A DNA stretch of 64,000 nt from an uncultured virus (IMG/VR IMGVR_UViG_3300026488_000238) (IMGVR_UViG_3300026488_000238), one strand, 5' to 3'; counted from the stretch's first letter, positions 42,932 through 52,987 are shown. The notes: a model not told the origin generated them from the letters alone. Made by a program: numbers and translations.

Positions 42932-43972
42932 TTGAATGCCGGCAAATTTATTGAAGCAATTAACAAAAACGTGCCAATTGTTGAAGTAATTACTAGTTAT
43001 GGCTTTTCTCCAAAGAAGGTAGGTAAAGGATACCTTATGCATTGTCCTTTTCATGACGATGAGAATCCATCTTTTTATATACGTCCAGATGCTAATAGAT
43101 TTCTTTGTTTTGCCGCTAGTTGTGGGGCGAGGGGCGGGCCTGTGGAATTTGTAGCAAGAATAGAAGGCATTAGTAAGGAGCAAGCGGCGGCAAGGCTAGC
43201 AGAGCAATATGATTTACCGGTACCGAATGATATAAAGTATATTACACCGCAATGGATTATTGATGCATATGAGGAGGGGTATGAAATAGCCAAGAAAAAT
43301 TCTGGTGTAGATGATATTGTATTTCCTGTAACAGATAAAACATTGCTACAGCGTTTGCGCTTGGCGGAGCCTGTGTATTTTGTGCCGGTATGTGCTGACG
43401 AATATTGTTATAGTATTAGCGATGTAATTTACTTTCCAATAAAGTTGGCTAAATATGCGGTTTTACATGCTAATTTTGTTGCGTCAGTTAAGACTCTTTC
43501 AGGCAGGCCGGCTCTTTCTTTTGGCAGAGCGGCGGTGAAGCAATTTATTAAGAAAAAAGTAATTAAATACGCATGGAGCCCTGCAGCGTTTTTGCAAGCG
43601 GCTAAACGAGGAAGCGTTGCATTGTTGTGGAGTATTGGTAATAGAACGTTAGATTCGGTGCCCCCTTATATAGCTAAACGTGTTGCGTGGCTTTCAAGGC
43701 GTTATAACGTGTCGCAGCAAGTGTTGTTAACATGGGCAATGTTTGCAGATTATTTGAGAGAGCAAGAAATTGATACAGTTTCAATATTCTTTGGCAATGA
43801 AAGAGATTGGGAGGATAGTAAATATATAACAGATTTTTGGATGCCACATCTTGCCGCATTTGTTGCAATATTAAGCACATATAGAATTTTGCCCGATTTT
43901 AATTCTTTAACACCTCTTGATAACGAGGAAATGCAAAAGCAATTTATGTCTATATTATATAAAGAGGTGTAG
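42932..43972 (+). CDS. CHC2 zinc-finger protein (DnaG-type N-terminus, no recognisable TOPRIM catalytic motifs)
   Basis: CPFHDDENPSF...FLCFAASCGARG...FVARIEGIS...AAARLAEQY. Start moved to TTG 42932 by the GAGGTGA RBS. Confidence 0.8.
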   Translation: MNAGKFIEAINKNVPIVEVITSYGFSPKKVGKGYLMHCPFHDDENPSFYIRPDANRFLCFAASCGARGGPVEFVARIEGISKEQAAARLAEQYDLPVPNDIKYITPQWIIDAYEEGYEIAKKNSGVDDIVFPVTDKTLLQRLRLAEPVYFVPVCADEYCYSISDVIYFPIKLAKYAVLHANFVASVKTLSGRPALSFGRAAVKQFIKKKVIKYAWSPAAFLQAAKRGSVALLWSIGNRTLDSVPPYIAKRVAWLSRRYNVSQQVLLTWAMFADYLREQEIDTVSIFFGNERDWEDSKYITDFWMPHLAAFVAILSTYRILPDFNSLTPLDNEEMQKQFMSILYKEV

Positions 43973-43978
43973 AGTGCA

Positions 43979-44764
43979 ATGAGTTTACAAGATCGTTTAT
44001 TTGCAGTAATTAATTTTTTTCTGTTATTGTTAATTCTTTATGTGGTTCTTGCAGTGTTTCTTTTTAATACTCATGGCCGTTTGTTGGTCGCAGAATACAA
44101 TAATCGTTATGCTTTATTTTATGCTACTCCAGAGCCCAAAGAAAGCGCGTCCATTTATGGCATTAGCAAGGTGTGGCTGGCTACAATTGAAGTTGACTAT
44201 TATACACCGCAGTTAACAGATTGGGAATTTAAAAATAATTGCGATATTGAATTTCTCAATGATGTATATTCTGTGCATTGTTTTTTAACACCGCAGGCAT
44301 ATCTATCCTTTCAATATAAAGATAATAAAAACGTTGTAAAGATTGGCTATTTATGGAGGGTAGATAATCCACACAATGATACAAGATATTCGTTCATAAA
44401 TTGCAATAAAACAGTGGGAAAGCTTGCGGCGGCAGAATGTGACGGAAATATTAAGTTTTGGATGGCTAGTACTATTTACTATGAACCAGTCAGAGGAAAC
44501 GTAATAAATCTTGAAAGTTGTAATAATTTTATTTCTTCAAATGTATGTATTGTTAAAATACCAGGAACATTAGATGCTTATAAATGGAATCTTTATTATG
44601 TTGATCCGTTAATGCGCGTGCACAAAGAATTACATGGAGATATTAAAATTATTGGCACGAATTGGCTTTCAATGCTGATAATTTACAGCGCAGCGTGGAC
44701 TTTGGCAGTTTTTATTGTAATGAATATTTTGTTAGATATTAAGGACATGATAGAATACAATTGA
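43979..44764 (+). CDS. Membrane protein with N- and C-terminal TMs and a Cys-containing extracellular loop
   Basis: Two hydrophobic helices flank a domain with six Cys. Confidence 0.75.
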   Translation: MSLQDRLFAVINFFLLLLILYVVLAVFLFNTHGRLLVAEYNNRYALFYATPEPKESASIYGISKVWLATIEVDYYTPQLTDWEFKNNCDIEFLNDVYSVHCFLTPQAYLSFQYKDNKNVVKIGYLWRVDNPHNDTRYSFINCNKTVGKLAAAECDGNIKFWMASTIYYEPVRGNVINLESCNNFISSNVCIVKIPGTLDAYKWNLYYVDPLMRVHKELHGDIKIIGTNWLSMLIIYSAAWTLAVFIVMNILLDIKDMIEYN

Positions 44765-44797
44765 GCTTTAATAATGGTATACTTATAATGAAAGGGT

Positions 44798-44874
44798 GGG
44801 GCCGTAGCTCAGATTGGGAGAGCGTCTGCTTCGCACGCAGAAGGTCGGGGGTTCAAATCCCCTCGGCTCCACCA
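44798..44874 (+). tRNA. tRNA-Ala(CGC)
   Basis: Acceptor GGGGCCG/CGGCTCC with the G3:U70 Ala determinant; anticodon arm TCTGC-TTCGCAC-GCAGA; GTTCAAATC T-loop; encoded CCA. Confidence 0.97.
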
Positions 44875-44901
44875 ATTGCAGAAAATAGCTTATAATTTGG
44901 C

Positions 44902-44977
44902 GGGCCGTTAGCTCAACTGGCAGAGCAACGGACTCTTAATCCGGAGGTTGCAGGTTCGATTCCTGCACGGCCCACCA
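44902..44977 (+). tRNA. tRNA-Lys(CTT)
   Basis: Acceptor GGGCCGT/ACGGCCC; anticodon loop CTCTTAA; GTTCGATTC T-loop; encoded CCA. Confidence 0.97.
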
Positions 44978-44997
44978 AATAAAGGGGGATAAGCATC

Positions 44998-46473
44998 TTG
45001 CGCAGAGGGTGGAATTTGTTTGGAGATATAAAACCAATTAACACTTTTCTTCCATGGTTACCCTTTTATCGAAGTCAAATTATAGTACAACCTTCATGGA
45101 TTATTGAAAAAATGCATATTAACATGCCTGATGTTGTTTTGTTAGTATTAACAGATCTTTTAAAATCGCAAATTTCATATAACGTATTGGATTTACCTTT
45201 GTGCGTGCGATGGAGGGCGCTTAATGCAATATTTTGGCCAAACTTCTCAAGTTTCAAAATAACCAATTTGTCTGTTACTTTAGATGATTTGTTATTTGAT
45301 TATAATAACTTTGTTTGTTATCGTCTTACCGGCATTTTAAAATATCTTTTTCCTATATATGCAAAGTGGAAAAATCCGAATCGTGAGTATCCAGAATACA
45401 AAATTAAGAAAAGCATCGCTGCCATATTGCCCTATACAGACAGGCTTAAAAAGGTGGCGGATCAAAAGTTTGTGGAATGGATTATTTCTACAGCAATAGA
45501 AAATAATATTGAACCAGATCCTATTTCCATGGCATATGCCGTAGGATCAGACGCAATAACTAATGCATCGCTGCTGCCACTTTATTTGATGCCACACAAT
45601 CAATGGTTTAATGTCGATCATTCTGCGCCATTAAGCAAATATGTAACTGTTGATGATATTATTGATCGTATTGAAATAGACAATCTTACCCCTATTGATA
45701 TTCTAATATTGCACGGAATTTTGCATGATATGTCATACGATGAGATTATTCAAATGCATAAGGACATTGAACACAAAGGAGTGGAATCCCTGTTGGAACT
45801 TACTGATGAAATTTTTGAAGCATTATTTCATAACGTGCGCCTTCCTTCTATGTCACCGTATTTATCAAATGTTGACAATAAAATAAAGGCTAAAACTTTA
45901 ACACTATCGGAAAAATCTAATACAATAGGCCGTTACCAAACTGTAACATTTTTTACAGTTTTATCGAAAAAAGGATACCTAATGCAGTATAGTGATTATA
46001 TGCCAATTGTTACCGGAACGTATTTAAAAAATAATGAACGTCAGAAATTTTATATGTTCTTGTTTCGCTCGTTGATAAAAGACCGAGCTGTTGTCTACAA
46101 TCTTTTACAAACCAGACCGCGCTATCTATATTCGTTTTTGAAGTCTATATGGAATGTAGCTGATCAGCAAGAGAAATGGCAAATTTTTAAATATTTTCCA
46201 ATACCAATAGCTTTATTATTGTGGTTCGATGTGCAAGAAGTTGTTTCAAAGCAGGTTATTGAAATAATGGTAAACAGTACTTGGTATGAGAATGATGAAG
46301 TGTTAATTGCATTAATCATCTATGCCATGCAAGATGATATACAAGGAAATATTTATGAAGTTGCAAAAGAAAAATGTGCATTTTTAAGTAATTATCATAT
46401 TAATGTAGATGTGGGACAGGTATTGCGTACTATTGCAGCTTTAAGAAGACAACAAAAGACGAATGCAAAATAA
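44998..46473 (+). CDS. Hypothetical alpha-helical protein
   Basis: 491 aa, TTG start with AAAGGGGG RBS directly after tRNA-Lys. Confidence 0.75.
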   Translation: MRRGWNLFGDIKPINTFLPWLPFYRSQIIVQPSWIIEKMHINMPDVVLLVLTDLLKSQISYNVLDLPLCVRWRALNAIFWPNFSSFKITNLSVTLDDLLFDYNNFVCYRLTGILKYLFPIYAKWKNPNREYPEYKIKKSIAAILPYTDRLKKVADQKFVEWIISTAIENNIEPDPISMAYAVGSDAITNASLLPLYLMPHNQWFNVDHSAPLSKYVTVDDIIDRIEIDNLTPIDILILHGILHDMSYDEIIQMHKDIEHKGVESLLELTDEIFEALFHNVRLPSMSPYLSNVDNKIKAKTLTLSEKSNTIGRYQTVTFFTVLSKKGYLMQYSDYMPIVTGTYLKNNERQKFYMFLFRSLIKDRAVVYNLLQTRPRYLYSFLKSIWNVADQQEKWQIFKYFPIPIALLLWFDVQEVVSKQVIEIMVNSTWYENDEVLIALIIYAMQDDIQGNIYEVAKEKCAFLSNYHINVDVGQVLRTIAALRRQQKTNAK

Positions 46474-46568
46474 TTTGAAAGTTTATTTTTGTGCGGCAAC
46501 ATGTAAGTAAATTTTTGTATTGAAAATGTATGCTTGACTTCTATAATAGGATGTGGGGTGATATAAAT

Positions 46569-47792
46569 ATGGTATATGTGTTTGATATGGTAACTAATCA
46601 CTTTTTAGAGTATTTTTTGTTTACTTACAAGAAAGCAGAAGAGCTATTAAAAACTTGCAAAGTTAATACTGCAAAAGAAGCGGTGACACGTGCAAAAAAC
46701 ATGTATAGTATTAAAAGTGCTAGCGAAATCTCTAATTTTTGGGATTTATTTAAAGAAGCGATGTATGAAGACATTGCGCAACGACAGAAATTATTTGGTA
46801 ATCAGGAATTATTGTGGGAGACTGTGTTTTCCTTATCTACAAATAATTATCCCGGTGCTATTTTTCCGCCGCCAATAGGAATGGAATATTTATTATTCAC
46901 CCGTAATTTGTTAACAGAAAACGATCGGGATAAATTTATCAAATCTTTCTATAATGGAAATGTGTTCTGGCCAGATACAAATATTCTTACTCTTGATCCC
47001 GCAACTTATATCGAAGCAGAAATAAGCGATGCATTAGTTGAACGCATTAATGCTATTTTTGCAAAAATTAAGGAAGATTTAGCGACCGTAGATCTCGTAT
47101 CACCAAATTGGTTATTATTCTTGGCGGCGGTATTTGATGACGTGGAATATATGCCAGAAGGTATTAGAAATCAGGCTATTCAATGTGGCGCAGCAATTAT
47201 AAGAAAAGACCCGGCTATTATTGGAAGCGTTTTTACTCGTCGCCCTGATAAATATTATCGTTTTATGCCTACAGTATTGGCTCAATTAGAAATGGAAGAA
47301 ATTGTGTCGCTAATCCCGGCTAATAATTGGATTGATGAGTTATTTCTTAGCTTTTACGAATATGATGGTAATAACTATGCTTTGCGCGATCGATACATTG
47401 ACATCATAACCGAAAAAGTAATTCAGTTTGCTTCACCGCGGGATGTGGCTATTAAATATATGCTTTGGATAAAAGAGTTTTCTAGCAGTCCACTGTTTTA
47501 TTTTCTTAAAGCTTTATCAGAAGGAAAAATACAGTGGGATTGGTTTGATGAATTTTTAACACACATTGCGAACAAGAAAGCTACGCAGAAACAGTATAAA
47601 TCTATCCTTAAAGGCGTTGAGCGTTTCATAAATCAATATATCAAAAATGTTGATGATAAATTTGAAATAGAACAGCCGCCAAAATTTTCCGGGCGTATTA
47701 AAAAACATGAGTGGCAAAAATTCATTGACGAATGGCTAAGAGATATTGCACTACAAATATATCCTCAGAATAGCTCGGCGTTGCATTTATAA
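46569..47792 (+). CDS. Hypothetical protein ending ...NSSALHL
   Basis: Start moved to ATG 46569 by the GGGGTGA RBS. Confidence 0.75.
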   Translation: MVYVFDMVTNHFLEYFLFTYKKAEELLKTCKVNTAKEAVTRAKNMYSIKSASEISNFWDLFKEAMYEDIAQRQKLFGNQELLWETVFSLSTNNYPGAIFPPPIGMEYLLFTRNLLTENDRDKFIKSFYNGNVFWPDTNILTLDPATYIEAEISDALVERINAIFAKIKEDLATVDLVSPNWLLFLAAVFDDVEYMPEGIRNQAIQCGAAIIRKDPAIIGSVFTRRPDKYYRFMPTVLAQLEMEEIVSLIPANNWIDELFLSFYEYDGNNYALRDRYIDIITEKVIQFASPRDVAIKYMLWIKEFSSSPLFYFLKALSEGKIQWDWFDEFLTHIANKKATQKQYKSILKGVERFINQYIKNVDDKFEIEQPPKFSGRIKKHEWQKFIDEWLRDIALQIYPQNSSALHL

Positions 47793-47999
47793 AAAAGCAC
47801 ATGTATAAAGTAGAGTTTTCTGGATGGACGCAAATTTGATGGTTTTGCTGTTTGATTTATAAGATTTTAATTTATTTTTACAAAATTGTAATCCCTGGTA
47901 ACAAAGAATATGTTTGTTTTTTTTGTGGTTGTAACATGTTATTAATGATGCTATATTGTTTTATAATTAACAAGAGAATTTATGTGAGGGGGTGCATAT

Positions 48000-49343
48000 A
48001 TGTTTAATTTTTTTAGAAAAAAGAAACAGCAGCCAAAGAAACAAGAAACGTTTGACTTAACGATATCAGTACCGACTTATTTTGTAGATAATGAATTTTA
48101 CGAAGTAACGCTTGACAATTATGGCGCTGAAAAATGGCAAATATTTGAATTTCGCGATTTGCCTCCGATTGTGCCGGAACAGTATTCTGATGTGTTTATG
48201 ATATCGCTAAAAAAGAACGATGTAAGTTATCAACATGTATTGAAAATATTAGCCAACAAATATTCTATTTCTCCATCTTATTCTTTTGAAGTGCAACATA
48301 CACCAAATGCACATTTAATGTGGAAATTGTTTGGCTCTTTTAGTGCGCAGTGGATGCCGGAACAATTTGAAGAAATAACACCTGACACGCTATTTGTGCG
48401 CCGTCAATTGAAAATGTTTATAATAGGAATGAAATTACATATTGACACCGGAGCCTACAAGCTAGATGCAATGTATACTTTGTTAGACCCCAATTTAAAA
48501 CAAGAAGAGATGCTATTTTGGGCTCGTAATCTTTTTAATTCTGTTGGTCAATTTGTGCCAATAACCCCTAGCGAGGCATTAGATATGGCAATACATAAAT
48601 TAGCACTAACGCCCTCTATTTCGGCAAATTATGAGCGATTTCGCGCAAATTGGGCGTGGCTTGACTTGCAAACGGAAATAGAGCATGTATCATTTGTTAC
48701 TTCGTATGAAAAGGGATTAATTACTTTGAACACAAAAAATGCAATAGATCAAATGGTTACAGGTACGCGTCCGATTACAATAGCCCATATTGCAAGCCTT
48801 GACCGCCTTCTTATTTTTTCAGATTGGATTTATTCAATTGACACTACAACATTGGATTACGAGGTTGGTAAACAATTTAAAATAACAGACGGATCGCGGT
48901 TAATAGTGGAATATCCCGGCATATGGGGGGCAGTCCTTGAAATTTTGCAAGAACAAGGTATTATTGAACAAAGCAATGTTAAGGTTGATTATCTTAACGA
49001 ACATTCTACAGATCAATATAAAGTATATAAAATAAGCGGTGATATGTGGGATATTATTGCAGTCACTGGAAATATAATGTTTGGATACGATAAAAAGATG
49101 TTTTTGCAATATTCAAATACAGAAAACGGCCTTCAGCGTGCCAGGGAAGAGGGATTAAATGATGAGCTTGCAAATATTATTGCAACACTAGCAGACGAAA
49201 ATCCATATACACCTATATATCTCTATAACATGCCGGCCATAGGTGGTTTAGGCAATGAATTATTAGACAACCTTAAACATAGTGCAGATATAGCCGCAAA
49301 ATTTGTGCCACCGGAAATGGAAACAAATATGTTACATTTGTAA
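48000..49343 (+). CDS. Hypothetical protein (MFNFFRKKK N-terminus, ends ...ETNMLHL)
   Basis: 447 aa; own promoter TTGTAA-17-TATATT at 47929-47957; GAGGGGGTG RBS. Confidence 0.8.
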   Translation: MFNFFRKKKQQPKKQETFDLTISVPTYFVDNEFYEVTLDNYGAEKWQIFEFRDLPPIVPEQYSDVFMISLKKNDVSYQHVLKILANKYSISPSYSFEVQHTPNAHLMWKLFGSFSAQWMPEQFEEITPDTLFVRRQLKMFIIGMKLHIDTGAYKLDAMYTLLDPNLKQEEMLFWARNLFNSVGQFVPITPSEALDMAIHKLALTPSISANYERFRANWAWLDLQTEIEHVSFVTSYEKGLITLNTKNAIDQMVTGTRPITIAHIASLDRLLIFSDWIYSIDTTTLDYEVGKQFKITDGSRLIVEYPGIWGAVLEILQEQGIIEQSNVKVDYLNEHSTDQYKVYKISGDMWDIIAVTGNIMFGYDKKMFLQYSNTENGLQRAREEGLNDELANIIATLADENPYTPIYLYNMPAIGGLGNELLDNLKHSADIAAKFVPPEMETNMLHL

Positions 49344-49454
49344 AGCGTTCTTTTTTCTGTTGTTTTTGTGAAGGCCTTTCTGTTTTTTTGTTGGAAAGTC
49401 ATATTCTATATTATTAAGTGTAATCCCATTAAAATAGGAGGTGCAAGAGATAAC

Positions 49455-52400
49455 ATGCCTTATAAGTACGAATCGCATCTAGAACATGTTTTACGAGCAA
49501 TGTTTTATTTGTTAGCGCCGATTTCACAGGTAACCACTCACGCAGGAAGAACAGATCTTTTTATAAATGCCATGGCTATAGAGATTAAAAATGAAGTAGA
49601 CAATACCACCGATCATAACGCCAAAGAGCAAGCCACCAGATATATTGGTTCCCATTGGGTAATTACTATTGGCGTGGCGAAGAAAGGCAGAGGCAAAGAA
49701 TATTTACAAGTTCGCGTGCCTAAGAAAATATGGAAAGAGCTTAATATTTCTCCAACAGTAGCAGTTGATAATAAAAACACAGTTATTGAAGACCCTGAGG
49801 ACCCTGATTACATAGTTGCAAATTTTGCCGAAGAAGACGCTTACCAGCTGGTGATGGCGTTATTAGACTGGATTTTAACAAATGCGCCTCACATTTTCAA
49901 TGATATAACACTGCGCCCATTCTATGACCCGTATGCGATAACAAGCGGTAAAAGTTTATTAGATAGTTTTATTCTAGATAGGGCACAAGCGATGGGGATT
50001 GATTTACCATTAGAAAACGGACAATGGACTGATAAGAAAACTGCAGAATTATTAACCTCTCAAGACATATTCATAAAACCAGAAGAAAACACATTTGAAA
50101 ATCCTACCATTGCACGCCGATTACAGGAAGACTTAAGAGAATTAGTGAAAATGATCGTATTTGCTGACAATAAAGATGCTTTAGAAAAAGCATGGGCAAA
50201 ATATAATTCAATAGTTGACAAATACGACTTTAAAAGAAACGAAGAATTGTGGCGCAATATTATAGAGCCTTATCAAAAATTAGTAGTTATGGCGTATGGC
50301 ATTGAAACATTAGCAATTCATTCCGGCGTGCAAATAGCAATGAATTCCTTTACAAATCGCAATATCCAATTAATCAAAAGCAAGACAAAGGAAAGAATTA
50401 ATACGCAAAAACAAAACATTTTAACATTGGAAGCATATACTAGATTTTTCAACACTTTTGCCACCAAATATGGGCATATGGTAGATGCTCTCTTTATTAA
50501 TGCTTTGCTTCATGTCCACAATAATAGCGATCGCTTTGTTATTACCAAAAAAGACAATTCATATCTGCTGTTTTCCGCATTTGCAAAAGAAAATATTGAC
50601 AATGAAAAAATAAAGGATGAAATTGTCCTTTCTCAAATACCGACGCACATTTTAACGGATATACAAGCCGCTATGTCTACAATTCTTTCTGGCATCTTCA
50701 CATTTGGAGACCCGGGCAAAGCAATTAGTGTACAAGTTGGAAAAAATATATCCGCGGAAATTATGTACAAAAACGGTCAAATAATGGTTATGGCTACGAG
50801 CGGATTGCCGAAAGTGTTTGATGAGTTAATAGTTGGCAGGTGGATGAATTATAGAGAATTGGCATTTATTTACAAAGATGATGTAGTTGTTAAAAAATTA
50901 GAAGAACGTAATAAAGCAAGAAAAAGGAAGACGTCGGAGAAAACAAAAGAAAACATTAGAGAAATTATGCATATGATAGTAACAGCGGCGGCAGCGCTAG
51001 ATCTTATACATGGAGATTATACGAGGCTGCATTTGATTGCAGATATGTTAAGAAATTACTCTAACACGGTTCTATACTTTGCCTTTAAAGGTGAGATAAC
51101 AAGTCAAGAAACATTTGATAAATTAATTTCTAACGTTTTCAAAAAACTTCCGCCAAATGTAACGGACGAAGAAAAGTTAAAGTCGTTTGCTTATGGATAC
51201 TTAGATAAAATGGGGAAAGATTTATCTGAAGCGGAAAAAGACGAATTTGTCCAACAGTTTGCTGAGTCTGTAATTAATCGTTCTATACCGAATTTTTCAG
51301 ACAATAATAACTACAATGTATTAATGGTTTCAGCTTTGTATTCATTAATGGGACAATTAACGTTAGCAGATGCATTATCACGAGTGCAGCAAGGTGAAGA
51401 TATTAGCGTTGTTTACCATAAATGGTTTATTTCAGACATTCTCACGCCACTATCAAACGGACTTGAAGACTATACAAGTGAATTCACATTTATGGGACTA
51501 AACAAAGAGGAAATCGAGTTATTAAGCATTGTTGGATCAAATTATGCTGTGACACACAAAGACATTGAAGCGTCGTTAGAAGTGTTTAGAAAATATGCTG
51601 TTGAAGGGCGGCATAAAGAAGCGGCAATAATACTGTTAAAAGCGCTTGGGAAGTTAAAAGGAGAAGAAGAATTAAATAGTTCTAATTTCAGTCGACTAGA
51701 TGCTCAGTATTTTATTGCGGTGGCTAATCTTGCTGAGATGGCGTTGACTAGAGGCTTGCTCGATGACGAATTAATAAAAGTGTTTCTGCCAGTACTAACT
51801 ATTGGCATCGGAAAAGCCAGAATAAAGAAAATGGCGGACGTTGTGGCGCAAATTTATGGAATACGTGGCAAGCTCTTGGAAAAACAAGCGATAACTAAAT
51901 TGCAAACACAAAATACCGGCACACAAAAGGCTAATAAAAAGATATTGAAAGAATTCACTTCTTTGGTTGGCGGAGCCTTTGTTGCGCAAATGTTAGGATA
52001 TGATGATGTCGGTGAACAATTATGGAAAAATGCTGAAGAAATTATGCGTAAGTATGCAATAGATAAAGAAACTATTGATGCAATTGTAAAAAATATTAAT
52101 ACGATTGCTGATAAAATTCAAAAACGCCCTAAACTTGTTGCCGCCATGCAAACGGAGATATCAAGAGAACAAATTTTATCAGATGTAGAAAAAGAAGTTG
52201 ATGTGGCCGCAGAACTGGTCGACGCCGGGCTGGCACATTATGAAAGGGTTATAAATGATTTGGAAAAGAAGCTGAAAGAAAAGGATAAAAAGCTAAAGGA
52301 AAAAGACGAGGTAATTAAAGAAAAAGACGAGGCAATCAAAGAAAAAGAAAAGAAACTAAAAAGTGTAGAATTACGATTAAATAAAACGCAACAGGATCTT

Positions 52401-52706
52401 TATAAAAGTTTGCAATTGTTAGCTAAACCGATTCTTAATCAATATTTATCTGCAGATGCCGGGCTTAATCAACAAGAAGAATTAATTGCAGCATATTTTA
52501 TCGCCAAAAAACGATTATTTTTTGATGATAATGCTCGGGCGTTTTGTCAATTGGTAGAAACAAATTTTAAAAATCTTATAGAAGCGCATAAAGACATTGT
52601 TTTGCGGGTGCTTGCCGTGAAAATGCCTGAATATTTTGGAAAAGAAGAGAATAATCAAAACGCTATTGAAGACAGCATAAAAGACAATTGGAATTTAAGC
52701 AGATAG
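49455..52706 (+). CDS. Large protein with N-terminal PD-(D/E)XK-like nuclease motif and C-terminal coiled coil
   Basis: ATG 49455 follows AGGAGGTG. E...GRTDLF....IEIK......AKEQATRY matches the restriction-endonuclease-fold D..ExK / QxxxY pattern; KEKD heptad repeats near the C-terminus. Confidence 0.65.
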   Translation: MPYKYESHLEHVLRAMFYLLAPISQVTTHAGRTDLFINAMAIEIKNEVDNTTDHNAKEQATRYIGSHWVITIGVAKKGRGKEYLQVRVPKKIWKELNISPTVAVDNKNTVIEDPEDPDYIVANFAEEDAYQLVMALLDWILTNAPHIFNDITLRPFYDPYAITSGKSLLDSFILDRAQAMGIDLPLENGQWTDKKTAELLTSQDIFIKPEENTFENPTIARRLQEDLRELVKMIVFADNKDALEKAWAKYNSIVDKYDFKRNEELWRNIIEPYQKLVVMAYGIETLAIHSGVQIAMNSFTNRNIQLIKSKTKERINTQKQNILTLEAYTRFFNTFATKYGHMVDALFINALLHVHNNSDRFVITKKDNSYLLFSAFAKENIDNEKIKDEIVLSQIPTHILTDIQAAMSTILSGIFTFGDPGKAISVQVGKNISAEIMYKNGQIMVMATSGLPKVFDELIVGRWMNYRELAFIYKDDVVVKKLEERNKARKRKTSEKTKENIREIMHMIVTAAAALDLIHGDYTRLHLIADMLRNYSNTVLYFAFKGEITSQETFDKLISNVFKKLPPNVTDEEKLKSFAYGYLDKMGKDLSEAEKDEFVQQFAESVINRSIPNFSDNNNYNVLMVSALYSLMGQLTLADALSRVQQGEDISVVYHKWFISDILTPLSNGLEDYTSEFTFMGLNKEEIELLSIVGSNYAVTHKDIEASLEVFRKYAVEGRHKEAAIILLKALGKLKGEEELNSSNFSRLDAQYFIAVANLAEMALTRGLLDDELIKVFLPVLTIGIGKARIKKMADVVAQIYGIRGKLLEKQAITKLQTQNTGTQKANKKILKEFTSLVGGAFVAQMLGYDDVGEQLWKNAEEIMRKYAIDKETIDAIVKNINTIADKIQKRPKLVAAMQTEISREQILSDVEKEVDVAAELVDAGLAHYERVINDLEKKLKEKDKKLKEKDEVIKEKDEAIKEKEKKLKSVELRLNKTQQDLYKSLQLLAKPILNQYLSADAGLNQQEELIAAYFIAKKRLFFDDNARAFCQLVETNFKNLIEAHKDIVLRVLAVKMPEYFGKEENNQNAIEDSIKDNWNLSR
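52272..52355 (+). repeat. Four degenerate in-frame 21-bp tandem repeats (L/I-KEKD-xx heptads)
   Basis: ctgaaagaaaaggataaaaag / ctaaaggaaaaagacgaggta / attaaagaaaaagacgaggca / atcaaagaaaaagaaaagaaa. Confidence 0.75.
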
Positions 52707-52712
52707 GGATTT

Positions 52713-52789
52713 TGGTCGGGGTGGTGGGAGTCGAACCCACGCCCCCCTGGTCCCGAACCAGGTGCGCTGCCTTACTGCGCTACACCCCG
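52713..52789 (-). tRNA. tRNA-Pro(CGG)
   Basis: Reverse complement CGGGGTG...CCTGG-TTCGGGA-CCAGG...GTTCGACTC...CACCCCG-ACCA; C1:G72 and A73 typical of bacterial tRNA-Pro. Confidence 0.97.
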
Positions 52790-52796
52790 AACACAT

Positions 52797-52873
52797 TGGA
52801 GCCCAGAGCGGGACTCGAACCCGCGCCCTGGTGATTACGAATCACCCGCTCTTCCTCACTGAGCTATCTGGGC
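52797..52873 (-). tRNA. tRNA-Thr(CGT)
   Basis: Reverse complement GCCCAGA...GGTGA-TTCGTAA-TCACC...TCTGGGC-TCCA. Confidence 0.97.
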
Positions 52874-52879
52874 ATTTAT

Positions 52880-52972
52880 TGGCGGAGCGGGAGGGATTCG
52901 AACCCTCGGAACAGCTTTGAACTGTTCACCCGCTTAGCAGGCGGGCACCTTTGGCCTCTCGGTCACCGCTCC
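52880..52972 (-). tRNA. tRNA-Ser(GCT)
   Basis: Reverse complement GGAGCGG...CCCGC-CTGCTAA-GCGGG, long variable arm GAACAG-TTCAAAG-CTGTTC, G73, CCA. Confidence 0.97.
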
Positions 52973-52987
52973 GTCTTGCTCACAATA

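Noticed and set aside
44798..52972. Integrated island using a tRNA as att site
   Set aside because: No integrase and no duplicated tRNA 3' end seen; the clusters are convergent and all five tRNAs are intact.
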